Part shown: piece by piece, positions 29,306 to 40,200 of the stretch | Numbering within the stretch: position 1 is the first letter of the stretch | How the letters are laid out: each line of letters opens with the position of its first letter | DNA from: Planctomycetota bacterium | GTDB lineage: Bacteria > Planctomycetota > UBA8108 > SXIK01 | Assembly (NCBI GenBank): GCA_965223845.1 | Contig: CBDCXR010000004.1 | Span: 5,728,001-5,792,000 of the forward strand | DNA length: 64,000 nt | Direction of reading: 5' to 3' | Program-made: the position numbers and the translations under genes | Notes under the pieces: model-generated | Told to the model about the DNA's origin: nothing | Seen by the model: the letters and a program-made list of their open reading frames with translations, nothing else | Database searches by the model: none

Positions 29306-31801
29306 CTAGCCCCCGACGTGCTTGAGCCTCACCCCGACGCCCCCCGCCCCTGAGTTTCGCACTTGGTCGACCGCGTAGTAAGCGGCAGGAAGGTCCGTCG
29401 CCCGCCGCCACTGGATGAACTCGAGGTCATCGACCACCAGCACCGAGTCGTTCTCTGAAGGCGGCGTGAGACCGAGATAGAACATTGCCATATTCGGCTC
29501 GAGGTCGCCCGTGCTCGCGAAGAGCGCCGCAGGAAGATCGAGCTCGACTCGATGCCATTCGCCGTCGTTCTCGATATCGAGCGGGTAGTCGACCGAGCGG
29601 ACGAGCCGCGATTCCGGATCGGCCGTTGGGTCGGTGTCGTCGAAGTCGTAGATGTCGAAGCGCACGTGCGGTGACCCACCGCCGTTCAGTCGTGCGGTGA
29701 GAAAGAGCGAGTAGCTCGGCTCGCCGTCGACCGGGTCGATGCTCGTCGCGCCTTCCTCGAATAGATCGTGACGCCGAAACGGTGTCCGAGCGACGGGCCG
29801 GACGAGGGTCCTCTGCGAGTTCGTCTCCGAACGACGCAGTCGGAGCGCCCGCACACCGGACGGTGCGCCCGACGGGATGACTTCGATCCGTTTGTGAGAC
29901 GCATCGGCCTTCCAGTAGTGACCACCTTCGGGCTCGCCGTCGGCGGAAAGATCTTCGAAGCTCCCCCAGCCGAAGAGATCCCGACCGAACTCGATGTCCG
30001 TAAGATCTCCTCCGTCTGCCGCGCGGGCGTGAGTCAGCTTCGTCCCATCGATCGCCGCGACCTCACCGGCGCCCAGTGCGAGATCGGCCGTCGTCGGCGG
30101 ACGGGGCGCATCCCCGATGCGTCCGCTGCCACGCTCCCAGACGAAGTCCGCAGGGACGACTCCGAGAGGTGGATCGCGAAGAACCTTGACCACCTCGCCG
30201 TCGAGCCGCTCGGAGCGAACGGGAAGAACGGAGCCCGCGTGAATCGTCCGAATGATCCGCTCGGCGGCCTTTCCGCCGATCGGGACGGGGCGGTACCGAT
30301 CGATCGCGACGGGAAGACAACGCGCTTCGAGGATGTCGGTCTCTTCGAAAACCACGCGAAGAACGACCGTCGGAAACGTCGCGAGAAAATCCTGGTCGAA
30401 GATGAGGTTCCCGAGGCTGTAGGCGATGAGGCTCCCGTCGTACCACTCGAATCCTTGGAGTACATGAGGATGGTGGCAAACGACGAGGTCGGCGCCCGCT
30501 TCGATTGCGCGGTGAGAAGCCTTCTCGGTCAGCTCCGACTTTACCTCGAAGAACTGAAAACCGGTGTGGAGCTGAACGACGACGAGATCGCAGCCGCTCG
30601 CGCGAAGAGCCGCGATGTCCGCCTCGACTTGATCCTTGTCGTAGGGATTCGCGCCGCCGTGCCCCCTTCGCGCGACCCAGTCCTGCATCTCGGGGTACAC
30701 CGTCTCGACAGCGGTCCAGTAATCGGCGATCTCGCCCGCGGTCGGGATCGCCTTCTCGGCAGTCTTGAAGAGCTGCCACACATCGCCGATGCGCCGGTCC
30801 TCGCGCGGAACGCTCACGGTCGGCCCCGAGAACTCGAAGGAGCGAAGCTCGTACTGCCACTCCTCGGACGCGGGCAGGTCCGGCGGCACGACGACGCTCG
30901 GCCCCGACGGCAGACGATCGTTCACGAAATCTCCGTTCACGCTCGTGTAGGAGAGAAAACCGACGCGGTAGCCCCCCGCCGCGTGATCGACGAACTCGAC
31001 CGCCCGCGCGTCGTCGATGTCGATCCCTCCGCCGACGTACGGAAGTCCCGCGAGCGCGAGGGCATCGACGGTCGACTCGACGCCGACGTCCAGCCAATCG
31101 CGCGTGTGGTTGTTTCCGAGCGTCACGATGTCGATCCCGAGCTCGTCGAGTAGGTCGAGAACCTCGGGGGGAGACTGAAGGAGGAAACGCTTCTTCGGAT
31201 ACGCACTCGCCATCGAAAGCGTACCGACGACCGTTTCGAGATTGATCGAGCGTACGTCCGAGGCGAGGAAAAGCGGAGAGAGCGCGGAGACGACCGCGCG
31301 CGCCGAGACTCCTCCGTCGCCGGTGATGACGATCGCGGTGTCGCCGCGCGTGGGCTCGAGGTAGCGGCGGCCGAGCATCGCGTCACCGCCGAAGTGAAGA
31401 ACTAGGCGCCGCTCACCACCCGGACCGAGCTCCGCGAGGAGCGGAACCGGGATCGACGTCCCCGCCGCCGAACGATCGACGACGACCGGCTCGGGAAGAA
31501 AGCCCGGCGCGCGGACGACGAGGAGTGTCGGCTGGACCAGCTCCAGGAGCTCGATCTCCCCGGCAGGGGACGCGTCGGCAACCGCGCCGCCCGGAAGCTC
31601 GACGCTCGCGGTACCAACGGGAGAGCCGATCTCATCTACGATCGAGAGCGTCACCGCGTACGCCGGTACCGCCGCGACGGGCGGATCGGCGGGATCGGAA
31701 CTCGACCGCGTTCCACAGCCCGCTACCAAGATCGCCCCGAGCGCGAGCGCGGCCATCGGGCCGCTCCAGTTTCCCTCGATCGACACTTTCGGACGCTCCA
31801 T
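29306..31801 (-). CDS. CapA-family metallophosphoesterase lipoprotein with extra N- and C-terminal domains
   Basis: Lipobox LVAGC; FGGDAMLGR, NLET, LGNNHTRD, HTG, CHHPHVLQG, YSLGNLIFDQ. Confidence 0.85.
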   Translation of the reverse strand: MERPKVSIEGNWSGPMAALALGAILVAGCGTRSSSDPADPPVAAVPAYAVTLSIVDEIGSPVGTASVELPGGAVADASPAGEIELLELVQPTLLVVRAPGFLPEPVVVDRSAAGTSIPVPLLAELGPGGERRLVLHFGGDAMLGRRYLEPTRGDTAIVITGDGGVSARAVVSALSPLFLASDVRSINLETVVGTLSMASAYPKKRFLLQSPPEVLDLLDELGIDIVTLGNNHTRDWLDVGVESTVDALALAGLPYVGGGIDIDDARAVEFVDHAAGGYRVGFLSYTSVNGDFVNDRLPSGPSVVVPPDLPASEEWQYELRSFEFSGPTVSVPREDRRIGDVWQLFKTAEKAIPTAGEIADYWTAVETVYPEMQDWVARRGHGGANPYDKDQVEADIAALRASGCDLVVVQLHTGFQFFEVKSELTEKASHRAIEAGADLVVCHHPHVLQGFEWYDGSLIAYSLGNLIFDQDFLATFPTVVLRVVFEETDILEARCLPVAIDRYRPVPIGGKAAERIIRTIHAGSVLPVRSERLDGEVVKVLRDPPLGVVPADFVWERGSGRIGDAPRPPTTADLALGAGEVAAIDGTKLTHARAADGGDLTDIEFGRDLFGWGSFEDLSADGEPEGGHYWKADASHKRIEVIPSGAPSGVRALRLRRSETNSQRTLVRPVARTPFRRHDLFEEGATSIDPVDGEPSYSLFLTARLNGGGSPHVRFDIYDFDDTDPTADPESRLVRSVDYPLDIENDGEWHRVELDLPAALFASTGDLEPNMAMFYLGLTPPSENDSVLVVDDLEFIQWRRATDLPAAYYAVDQVRNSGAGGVGVRLKHVGG

Positions 31802-31891
31802 CGTCCGAAGGCTACGATGCTCGGCGTCGATCTGTCGAACGACCCCTCGCGCGCAGAGGTTCGGGCGAAGTCTCGCCGCTCCCCCGAGAGG

Positions 31892-33268
31892 TCACTGCCC
31901 GCGGATGGCGTCGATCGGCTGCTTTTGCACGGCGCGGTACGCCGGAAGAAAACTCGCGGCGAGGCCGATGAGAACGGTCGGGACAATAATGAGCACGATG
32001 TCGAGCAGCTTGAACTCAACCGGGATCCGATCCATGTAGAACATCGTGAGAGGGAACACCTCCGTTCCCGTAAGGAGCCAAATCCAGCGCTGGATCGTAT
32101 TCACGAAATACGCGAAGCCGATCCCGTAGACCGCTCCCAAAACGGTTCCGGAGACGCACAAAACGAGTCCCATGCGGAGGAATATCCCGGCGCTTCCCCA
32201 CCGCGTAACCCCCATCGCCTGAAGAACGCCGATGTCGCGGGTCTTCTCGACGACCTGAACGGTGAGGATGATGAAAATCATGAAGCCGCCGAAAAGAACG
32301 GAGATGCCGAGGATGAGACTGGTCAGCCCTTTCTCGATCTTGAGGGCACGAAGAAGCTGAGCCTTCTCTTCGCGCCACGTTCGCGTGCGGGCGAAGAAGA
32401 TGTCGTTCTCGTCGAGCGCCGTCCGAATGCTCTCGCTCACTTCGGCGAGCTCGCGCTCCCCGCGCACTTCCGGAGCGACGGACACGCGCACGCCGGAGGC
32501 GACGGGACGCGCGCCGGCGGAGAGAGAAAGAAACCCGTCCGCGACGTCGAGCCCCATCAGGATGCCGTTGACGTCGAGCTCATAAATCCCCGTCTTGAAG
32601 TAACCCGCGACGATGAACTCCTGCGTGACCGGAGTGAACGTGGTCGGTGAGTAGGCCGTGAGCGATATGAGCGACCCAGGCAGCAAATAGTCGCGCAGCA
32701 GGCTCTCGAGACCGACGACGATGGGACGCGGGTACGGTCCCTCGTCGGGGAACATCCCGGGCTTCCGTCGACCGATCGCGCGCCAAAGACCGTCGCGCAC
32801 CCACTCGTCCGTAAACAGTTCGCGCGGATCTTCCGGCACGGAGCGAAAGAGCGACAGGCGCTCCATACGCGCCGCCCGGATGTAATCGGCGAAGCCGCCC
32901 GCTTCGAATTCCGCCTCGATATCGAACGCCTTGAGGAATCGAGTTTCGAGCGCGGCGCTGTTCCCCGCCGGCCCGGACGGACGATAGAGAACCATCGTCT
33001 CGACGTACGGAACGGCGGACGTGACGCCAGGGACCTCCTTCACGACGCGCGCGACGTCGAGCGGATCCTTGAGATCGATGTAGAGCTTGCTCGCGACCGT
33101 GATGTCCGAACCCGTGCCGCGGATCTTCCGCTTGTGCTCGCCGCGGAATCCCTCGAGGACCGAGACGATGACGATGAGAAGGGCGACGCTGCACGCGACA
33201 ACGACGAGCGCGGCGAGCGGGATCGCGCGCGAAATGAGGTAACGAGTGACGAGGAACCACTTATACAT
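31892..33268 (-). CDS. LolC/LolE-like (FtsX/MacB) ABC transporter permease
   Basis: YKWFLVTRYL...LIVIVSVLEGF, TWREEK...ALKIEK, VVEKTRDIGVLQAMG, ASFLPAYRAVQKQPIDAIR. Confidence 0.9.
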   Translation of the reverse strand: MYKWFLVTRYLISRAIPLAALVVVACSVALLIVIVSVLEGFRGEHKRKIRGTGSDITVASKLYIDLKDPLDVARVVKEVPGVTSAVPYVETMVLYRPSGPAGNSAALETRFLKAFDIEAEFEAGGFADYIRAARMERLSLFRSVPEDPRELFTDEWVRDGLWRAIGRRKPGMFPDEGPYPRPIVVGLESLLRDYLLPGSLISLTAYSPTTFTPVTQEFIVAGYFKTGIYELDVNGILMGLDVADGFLSLSAGARPVASGVRVSVAPEVRGERELAEVSESIRTALDENDIFFARTRTWREEKAQLLRALKIEKGLTSLILGISVLFGGFMIFIILTVQVVEKTRDIGVLQAMGVTRWGSAGIFLRMGLVLCVSGTVLGAVYGIGFAYFVNTIQRWIWLLTGTEVFPLTMFYMDRIPVEFKLLDIVLIIVPTVLIGLAASFLPAYRAVQKQPIDAIRGQ

Positions 33269-33660
33269 TCGGAAGGTTCCTCGAGAGTCGTTCCCGTTCC
33301 CGACGGACGACGAATCCGCCTGCCGCGCGCGCGCGCGGCGAGAGATCGCGAGCCGGATCCCAGTGCGTCAGCCGTCTCGACGAATCGCTCCGGCTCAGGT
33401 TCATCCGCGAGCTCAACTGGCGGGATCTCCGATACGAGAGTAAGAGAAGAAGTGAGTCGAGATCGGGAGCGGGGAAGACGTTCTACGGACGGCGTTAGTG
33501 TAGCGGTTCTTCCCGAAACCTCTACCCGCGCGGCCGCGCACCCAGCTCCTTCCCCTTCGCGGGAAGCGTATGCTACACTTCGAAGCTTGTGCCGATCGCC
33601 TCGACACCGTGTATTTCGCCACCCCGACGCCCCCTCCGCGCCGAGTCACCCTCCCAAAAG

Positions 33661-34959
33661 ATGCCGCGCATCCTCTCCTCACTCGCGCTCGAGCGACCCG
33701 GCGAGACCGTCCGTCTCGCCGGCTGGGTGCACAACATCCGCACCTTTCGCGACGTCGAGTTCATCATTCTTCGCGACGCGGGCGGGCTCATTCAGACGGT
33801 GCGTACACCCGACAGCGGGGTCGACATAAGCGGCCTCGGTAAGGAATTCGTCGTCGCTGTCGAAGGAACCGTCGTCGCCGACGAACGAGCTCCGGGAGGC
33901 GGCGAGGTTCACCTGAGCGCCCTCGAAATCCTCTCCGAAGCCGAGGAGCCGCCGCTCGAGATCAATCGTCCGGCGGTCATCGCGAAGACCCATCTCGACA
34001 AGATCCTCGACCACCGCACGACCTCCGTCCGTTCGCTCCCCGTCCGCGCGATCTTCAAGGTGCAAGCGAAGATCCTCGAAGCCTTCGCCGAGTTCCTTCG
34101 CTCGGAGGGCTTCTTCGAGTTCAAGAGCTCGAAGATCGTCGGAACCGGCACTGAAGGCGGGGCGAACGTCTTCGAGATCGATTACATGGGACGGCCGGCA
34201 TTCCTCGCGCAGTCGCCGCAGTTCTATAAGCAAATCATGGTCGGGAGCGGCTTCGAGAGGGTCTTCGAGATCGGCCCCGTCTACCGCGCCGAAAAGCACG
34301 AGACCTCGCGCCACCTGAACGAGTACACGTCGCTCGACTTCGAGATGGGATTCATCGAGAGCGAGCAGGACGTGATCGCGATGCACACGGGCGTCATTCG
34401 CCACATCTGCCAACGAGTGCGCGAGGGCTGCGGTCCGGAGTGCGCCCTCCTCGGCGCGGAAATCCCGACGGTCGGCGACGCGATCCCGCAGGTCGAGTTC
34501 GCCGAGGCGATCGACATCGTACGCGAGCGCGGTCACGAGGTTCACGGGAAGGATCTCGATCCCGAAGCGGAGCGAAAGCTCTGCGAGTGGTCTGAACGCG
34601 AGCGCGGCTCGAGCTTCCTCTTCGTCACGGGCTTTCCGATCGCGAGTCGGCCGATGTACACCGCGACGCGAAACGACGATCCGAGCGTCTCACGCAGCTT
34701 CGACCTCCTCTTCCGCGGACTCGAGATCACGACGGGAAGCCAGCGCATCCACGATTACCGGTCGCTCATCGCCGGACTCGAGGCGAAGGGACTCGATCCC
34801 GCGGTGTACGACGGGTACTTGAGCGCGTTTCGCCACGGCATGCCGCCCCACGGCGGCCTCGGTCTCGGCCTCGAGCGGCTCACCATGCAGCTCCTCGGGC
34901 TCAAGAACGTCAAGGAAGCGACGCTCTTCCCGCGCGATCGTTCACGCCTCGAGCCGTAG
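33661..34959 (+). CDS. aspS: Archaeal-type, probably non-discriminating aspartyl-tRNA synthetase (Asp/Asn)
   Basis: About 430 aa with no GAD insert; GWVHNIR, TEGGANVF, LAQSPQFYKQ, YRAEKHETSRHLNEY, GMPPHGGLGLGLER, FPRD. Confidence 0.93.
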   Translation: MPRILSSLALERPGETVRLAGWVHNIRTFRDVEFIILRDAGGLIQTVRTPDSGVDISGLGKEFVVAVEGTVVADERAPGGGEVHLSALEILSEAEEPPLEINRPAVIAKTHLDKILDHRTTSVRSLPVRAIFKVQAKILEAFAEFLRSEGFFEFKSSKIVGTGTEGGANVFEIDYMGRPAFLAQSPQFYKQIMVGSGFERVFEIGPVYRAEKHETSRHLNEYTSLDFEMGFIESEQDVIAMHTGVIRHICQRVREGCGPECALLGAEIPTVGDAIPQVEFAEAIDIVRERGHEVHGKDLDPEAERKLCEWSERERGSSFLFVTGFPIASRPMYTATRNDDPSVSRSFDLLFRGLEITTGSQRIHDYRSLIAGLEAKGLDPAVYDGYLSAFRHGMPPHGGLGLGLERLTMQLLGLKNVKEATLFPRDRSRLEP

Positions 34960-35186
34960 GCAGCAGCGACGGAGCGCGCGCCGTCCGAAAACTCGACGCT
35001 CGCCGGGCCCGTCTCAAGATCCTTCGGCTGTCGTACCGACGGAGTCCACAAGGGTTGTGTGGATACGAGATACGGCCATCCGAATTCGTGCGAGTCTTCC
35101 TCGCCTCGAGACGGGCCGCTCCCATCGATTCACCGTCGACTCCGAATCGGAACTACGGCGGGCAGTCCCCAAGCAATCGGAAGATC

Positions 35187-35636
35187 ATGATTCGGTCGCC
35201 GGCTCAGCGCACCTGCGGATTCACTCTCATCGAGCTCATGATCGTCGTCGCGGTGATCGCCGTCTTGATGTCGATGGCGATTCCCGTCATCAGCAACGCT
35301 CGCATTGCCGCGAACGAAGGATCGACCGTGAGCTCGATGCGCTCCATCGTTTCGGCGAACGAAACCTACAAGACCCGCTTCGGATCGTACGCCGGGCAGC
35401 TCACCGACCTGAGCGCGCGCGGAATGCTCGACACGACGCTCGGAAACGCAGGAGTCGTTCCCGGGAAAGCCGGGTACACCGTGGCCTACACGGGAACACA
35501 GCACACCTACTCCGCTAGCGCCCAGCCGATCTCGGTCGGCCATTCGGGTCGGCGTTTCTTCTTCGTCGATCACAGCGGGGTGATCCGCCACAACGAAGGC
35601 ACGCCGGCAACCAGCACGTCGCCGCCGGTCGACTGA
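35187..35636 (+). CDS. Type IV pilin-like / prepilin N-methylation domain protein
   Basis: GFTLIELMIVVAVIAVL cleavage motif; ARIAANE; SGRRFFFVDHSGVIR. Confidence 0.9.
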   Translation: MIRSPAQRTCGFTLIELMIVVAVIAVLMSMAIPVISNARIAANEGSTVSSMRSIVSANETYKTRFGSYAGQLTDLSARGMLDTTLGNAGVVPGKAGYTVAYTGTQHTYSASAQPISVGHSGRRFFFVDHSGVIRHNEGTPATSTSPPVD

Positions 35637-35642
35637 CGGCAC

Positions 35643-36425
35643 TCAGCGGCCGCCCGAAGCGACGAGAATCAACCCGAGCAGAGCGAGCGTACCGCAGACG
35701 ACGAGGCGGAACTGACGCTCCGAAGCGCGGCGGTGCGCGGCGAACCCAATCGCCGTCCCCGCGATCGCCGCGGGAACGAGCCACAGCGCGGCGGCGAGCT
35801 CCGGCTCGCCGATGAGTCCCGCTGCGCCGTAGGACGCGAGACGAACGACGTTCGCCACGAGAAAGTAAGCGAGAAGGGTCGCGCGAAACGAAGCCTTCGC
35901 GAGTCCGAGGTGCTGGAAGTAGGCGACGAGCGGCGGCGCGGCGGCGCCGAAGAGCCCGCCGAGAACACCGGCCGCGAAACCGGCGACCGCATCGAGGTAC
36001 CAGCGCGGCGACGCCTTCGTCCGCGCGCCGGACGTCTCGCGATCCAGCAGCGTTCGTCGCCCCATCCAGATCCCCATCGCCGCGACTACGACTCCGAGAA
36101 CACGCTTCAGCCACGTGGCGTCGCCGGTCGCGAGAAGGTAGACGCCGGCAGCCATTCCGATCGCCGTCGGCGGGAAGAGTCGAGCGAGCATCGGCCACGC
36201 CGCCTCGCGATGAGAACGCGCGACGACCCAGACCTCAGTGAGGAGCGCGAGCACCCCGATGATCATCACCGCGGGCGCCAGGTCGGGAAGAACGAGCGCG
36301 AGGAGCGCGAGACCGACCATCCCCGCCCCGAACCCAGCCGTGGCGTAGACAAACTGCGCGAACGCGACCGTCAGCGCCGAGAGAACGAACGCCTGCACGT
36401 CCGGAAAGACCTCCGGGAGCGCCAT
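35643..36425 (-). CDS. Sulfite exporter TauE/SafE family membrane protein
   Basis: ATAGFGAGMVG, GFAAGVLGGLFGAAAPP, FRATLLAYF; ATG overlaps the upstream TGA. Confidence 0.85.
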   Translation of the reverse strand: MALPEVFPDVQAFVLSALTVAFAQFVYATAGFGAGMVGLALLALVLPDLAPAVMIIGVLALLTEVWVVARSHREAAWPMLARLFPPTAIGMAAGVYLLATGDATWLKRVLGVVVAAMGIWMGRRTLLDRETSGARTKASPRWYLDAVAGFAAGVLGGLFGAAAPPLVAYFQHLGLAKASFRATLLAYFLVANVVRLASYGAAGLIGEPELAAALWLVPAAIAGTAIGFAAHRRASERQFRLVVCGTLALLGLILVASGGR

Positions 36426-36991
36426 CACTCTGCAAGAGAGCGAGGACGACCCGCGTCGTCGTCGGAGACTCGACCACGAACGACGAAGAGGAGCGCGATC
36501 AAGAGGAGCGCCATCTTCGCCAGCTCGAGACCCGTGTAGAGTCGATGGAGCGTCGAGAAGCTCTCGAGCTCGGGCGGGGGTGGTTCGCGCGAAGCGAAAT
36601 CGAGATCTCGCCCGATCGAAATGATCTCCGGTGCCAGAACGAAGGACAGGGAGACGACGATCCCGAGCGCGAGAGCCACGCTCAAGAAGGCGGCTCGCCG
36701 GCGGCAGCGAGCGAACACGACGCCGAGGGTGACGATCCCGAGCGCGAGCTGCACACGGTTCCACGCGGTGAACTGCGCGCGATTGAGCTCGCTCGCGTAG
36801 ACCCAAATGACGCTCGTCTTTTTCGCGTTTTCATTCTCGGGCTCGAAGCCGGCTCGCTCCGCAAGCGCGGTGTTCGCTTCGAACGACGGCGTGATCCCGA
36901 CGAAGTTGTAGGTGACGACCGCGACGAGAAAGACACTCCCGCCGAGCCAGAGACCGAGGAGAAAGCCCGCGAACGGTGAGTGTCGGCGCAC
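36425..36991 (-). CDS. DUF4149/TMEM205-like membrane protein
   Basis: GLWLGGSVF, four TM helices, LAPEI, FSTLHRLYTGLE. Confidence 0.7.
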   Translation of the reverse strand: MRRHSPFAGFLLGLWLGGSVFLVAVVTYNFVGITPSFEANTALAERAGFEPENENAKKTSVIWVYASELNRAQFTAWNRVQLALGIVTLGVVFARCRRRAAFLSVALALGIVVSLSFVLAPEIISIGRDLDFASREPPPPELESFSTLHRLYTGLELAKMALLLIALLFVVRGRVSDDDAGRPRSLAE

Positions 36992-37212
36992 GGATCGTCT
37001 CTCTTTCGATAGCTGCCAAAAGTACGAAAAAGCCGCGACGCCCTTCTACTCAACTCGGCGAGACAACTGAAGCCCCGGGGCGAGATTCAGAGCTCGATCC
37101 GCTGGATCGTCTCCTCCGACAAGACTCTCCGTCTCCTTCGTCTCTCTCTGCGCTTCGCGCTCCTCGCGTGCTTCGTAGGAATCTCGGCGAGTCCGTGAAA
37201 CGACCCGCGAGT

Positions 37213-40200
37213 TCACCGCTCGACCACTCGCGGAGCGTCGAGATCGCTCGCCGCATCGACGGTGAGTCCGCCGCGATCGACGACGATCACGTCCCCGCTC
37301 GAGCTGAAGGCCGCGCCGCCGACGATCGAGAGCGTATCGACGGCGAAGGCGCCGGTGTACGCGTCACCGGGCGATCCGAGAGTTCGAAGGTCGATGCCGC
37401 CCGCGGTCGTGAGCGACGCGGCGTCGTTCGACACGATCGCGATCGCTTGCGCCTCCGCGTCTGCGATAATGACCGCGTGGTCCGCGACCCCGCTGTCGGT
37501 CGCCGGGAACGCGAAACTCCCTTCGAGAGTACGCTCGCCCAGCGCGACGATCGTTCCCGTACCGACCGGGCGAAGCCGCGCCCGGAACCCTTCGGCGACG
37601 CGACCTCCCGCGTCGATGACGAGGTCGTCGCGACCGAATCGCGAACGCCAGAGGACCGTTCCCGCGCCACCGATCGAGCTCGGCTTCGACACCGCCGGAA
37701 CGAGCCCTCCCCCGTACGCGTGCACTTCACCGGAGAAGTCATCGGCGAGGTACTCGATCGCGACGCGGCCGCCGCCGCCCGCGCCGGCACCGAAGAAGCC
37801 GTTCACGTTTCCTCCGTCGGCGCTGATCTCGCCCGTCCCATCGATGGTGCGCACGCTGATCCTGACGCTCCCGCCCGCGCCGGCGCCACCGGGACGCTCC
37901 GTGATCTCGACGCCCCCGCCGTCCGCGCTGATGCGTCCGTCGATCCGGATGGTGCGAGCTTCGAGATCGATGACGCCGCCACCGTTGTACGCCGTCTCGA
38001 GGGAGCCGATCCGGCCGCTCCCTCCGCCGCCCGGAAAGACCGGCGCCGCGAAGCTCCCGAAGGGAGGCGACGCGTCGCGGCCGAGCCCCGGCCCGTCGTT
38101 CTGGTAGCCGCCGAGACCGCCGTGGCTCCCGCCCGTTCTGCCACCGACCTCGACGACGCGATGATCGGACGTCACGCCCGCGCTCTCCGCGCGACCGCCG
38201 CGGTTTCCTCCTAGATAGCCCTTCGCCACCGCGTCGAGCGCACTCTCGGCGTCGATGAAGATCGTCCCGGTCGCGACGACGGTAAGCGGCCAAAACTGCC
38301 CGAGACTCGGCTCCGGCACCGTCGCCCGCGACGCGATCAAGTCGATGTCTCCCGCGACGATCGCTCCGCCGACGATGAGCTCGCTTCGCTCGACGGTGAG
38401 CCGGCCGCACGCGAGCTCGTCGCGAACGCTGAGATCGAGATCGGTGAGCGCGACCGTGTCGAACACCGCACCGTCGATCGGACGGAGCGCGCGGACGTCG
38501 AAGCCCGCATCGCGGAGCGTGAGACTCGGGCCGCTCCCACGCCAGAGGGTCGCCGCACGAAGCGCGCCGTCTTCCGCACTCCAATCGGCATCGCTCGCGG
38601 GCAACTCGACGTCGTCGTCCGTCCAAAGTCCTCCGCCACCGCGGAGATGCAGCTCGCGCGGCCGAAGCACGCCGCGAAACGTCGCCCCGACTTCGGTCAC
38701 GCCGCGGAGCCCGGTCGTCGTTTCGATGCGCGCACCATCGACCGCCAGGATGCGAACGACGTCGAGGCGATCGTCTCCGCTGTTCGCATCGATCTCGAGT
38801 CCGACGACGTCCGCGGGGAACTCGCCCTCGCTCTGGACGATGAAATCGTCACCCAGCTCGGCGATGGTCCCGCTCTCGACCCCGAGTGCGAGGGTTCCGG
38901 GGCGGTCTCGAGCAGTCCCGCTCCCGTCGACGATCAGCTCGCCGCCCGCCGCGGCACCGATCTCGACGAGCACCGTGCCGGCACTCCCGGCGCGCGCGGC
39001 ATCGTCCCGATCGTCGAGGAGAACGCCGCCCGCCGCACGCCATCGAGTCGCGTCGAACGCCGGCGCTTCGGCCGCGACGACGTGGATGCGTCCGCCCGAG
39101 CCGGCGCCGGGTCGCTCGCTCCCGACGCGGCGCGTCGATCCACCCTCCGCGCGCGCGAATCCGCTCCCGGTGAGGCGTTCGACGCGAACGGCTATGCTTC
39201 CGCCCGCTCCGGCACCCGCTCCGTCGCCGAGTTCCCCGTCGGCGACGATCGCGCCCTCGAGAACAAACGCGCCCGCGCGGATCTTCACCGCACCGCCGCC
39301 GTTGCCGCCGCCGCGACTCAACGCCGAGTCTGCGGCGCCGCCCGCGCCGAACGAACTAGGATCTCGCAGACGCCCGTACGCAGTCAGGACCGGAATCGCG
39401 CTTCCCGATTCGCCGTCGCCGCCGACTCCCGCGTGCGCGCCACCGCTCAGCGCGCCACCCACGGCGAGACCGGGTGCGGTCTCACCGCCGATTTCGCGCC
39501 GACCGTCCCGCGCTCCTCCGCGGTAACCTCGCCCGGTGACGTCGATGCGACTCGCACCGTCGAGAGAGAGGGTCCCGTCTACTTCGAGCTCGACGCGCGC
39601 GAACTCGCCCCCGAGCGACCGTCCCGCGGTGAGGATCGCGCCTTCGAGCCGCAGCGCACTCGCCCGAAGCGGCGCGAAGACGAGCACGGTTCGCCCGCTA
39701 AATCGAAGCGAGAGCGGAGCGAAGTCCGTCGCCGCGGTGGGATCGGTCCCCGCGGCGAGCTCGCTTCCGTCGTCGAGCGCGTCACCGTCGGTGTTCGCAT
39801 CGCCCGGATGAGTTCCTTCGGCGACCTCGAACTCGTTCGAGAGACTGTCGCCGTCGCTGTCCTCTTCGGCATCGGGAACCCCGTCCCCGTCGCTGTCGGT
39901 GCGCAGCGGATCGAGAGAGAGACCATCCTCGACGCCATCGAGGAGTCCATCGTCGTCCGAGTCCGGGTCGCGGGGATCAGAACCGAGGGCGAGCTCGCGC
40001 GCGACGGAGAGCCCATCGCCGTCGAAATCCTCTGCGCCGTCCGGCGTTCCATCGCCGTCGGTGTCCGCCCGAGCGGGATGCGTCCCCGTAATCTCCACCT
40101 CGTCGGCGTCGCGGAGGCCGTCCCCATCGGTGTCGACAAGCGACGGATCCGTCACGAAGCCGTCGGCACCGCCGGTCGACTCCTCGCGGTCGTCGATGCC

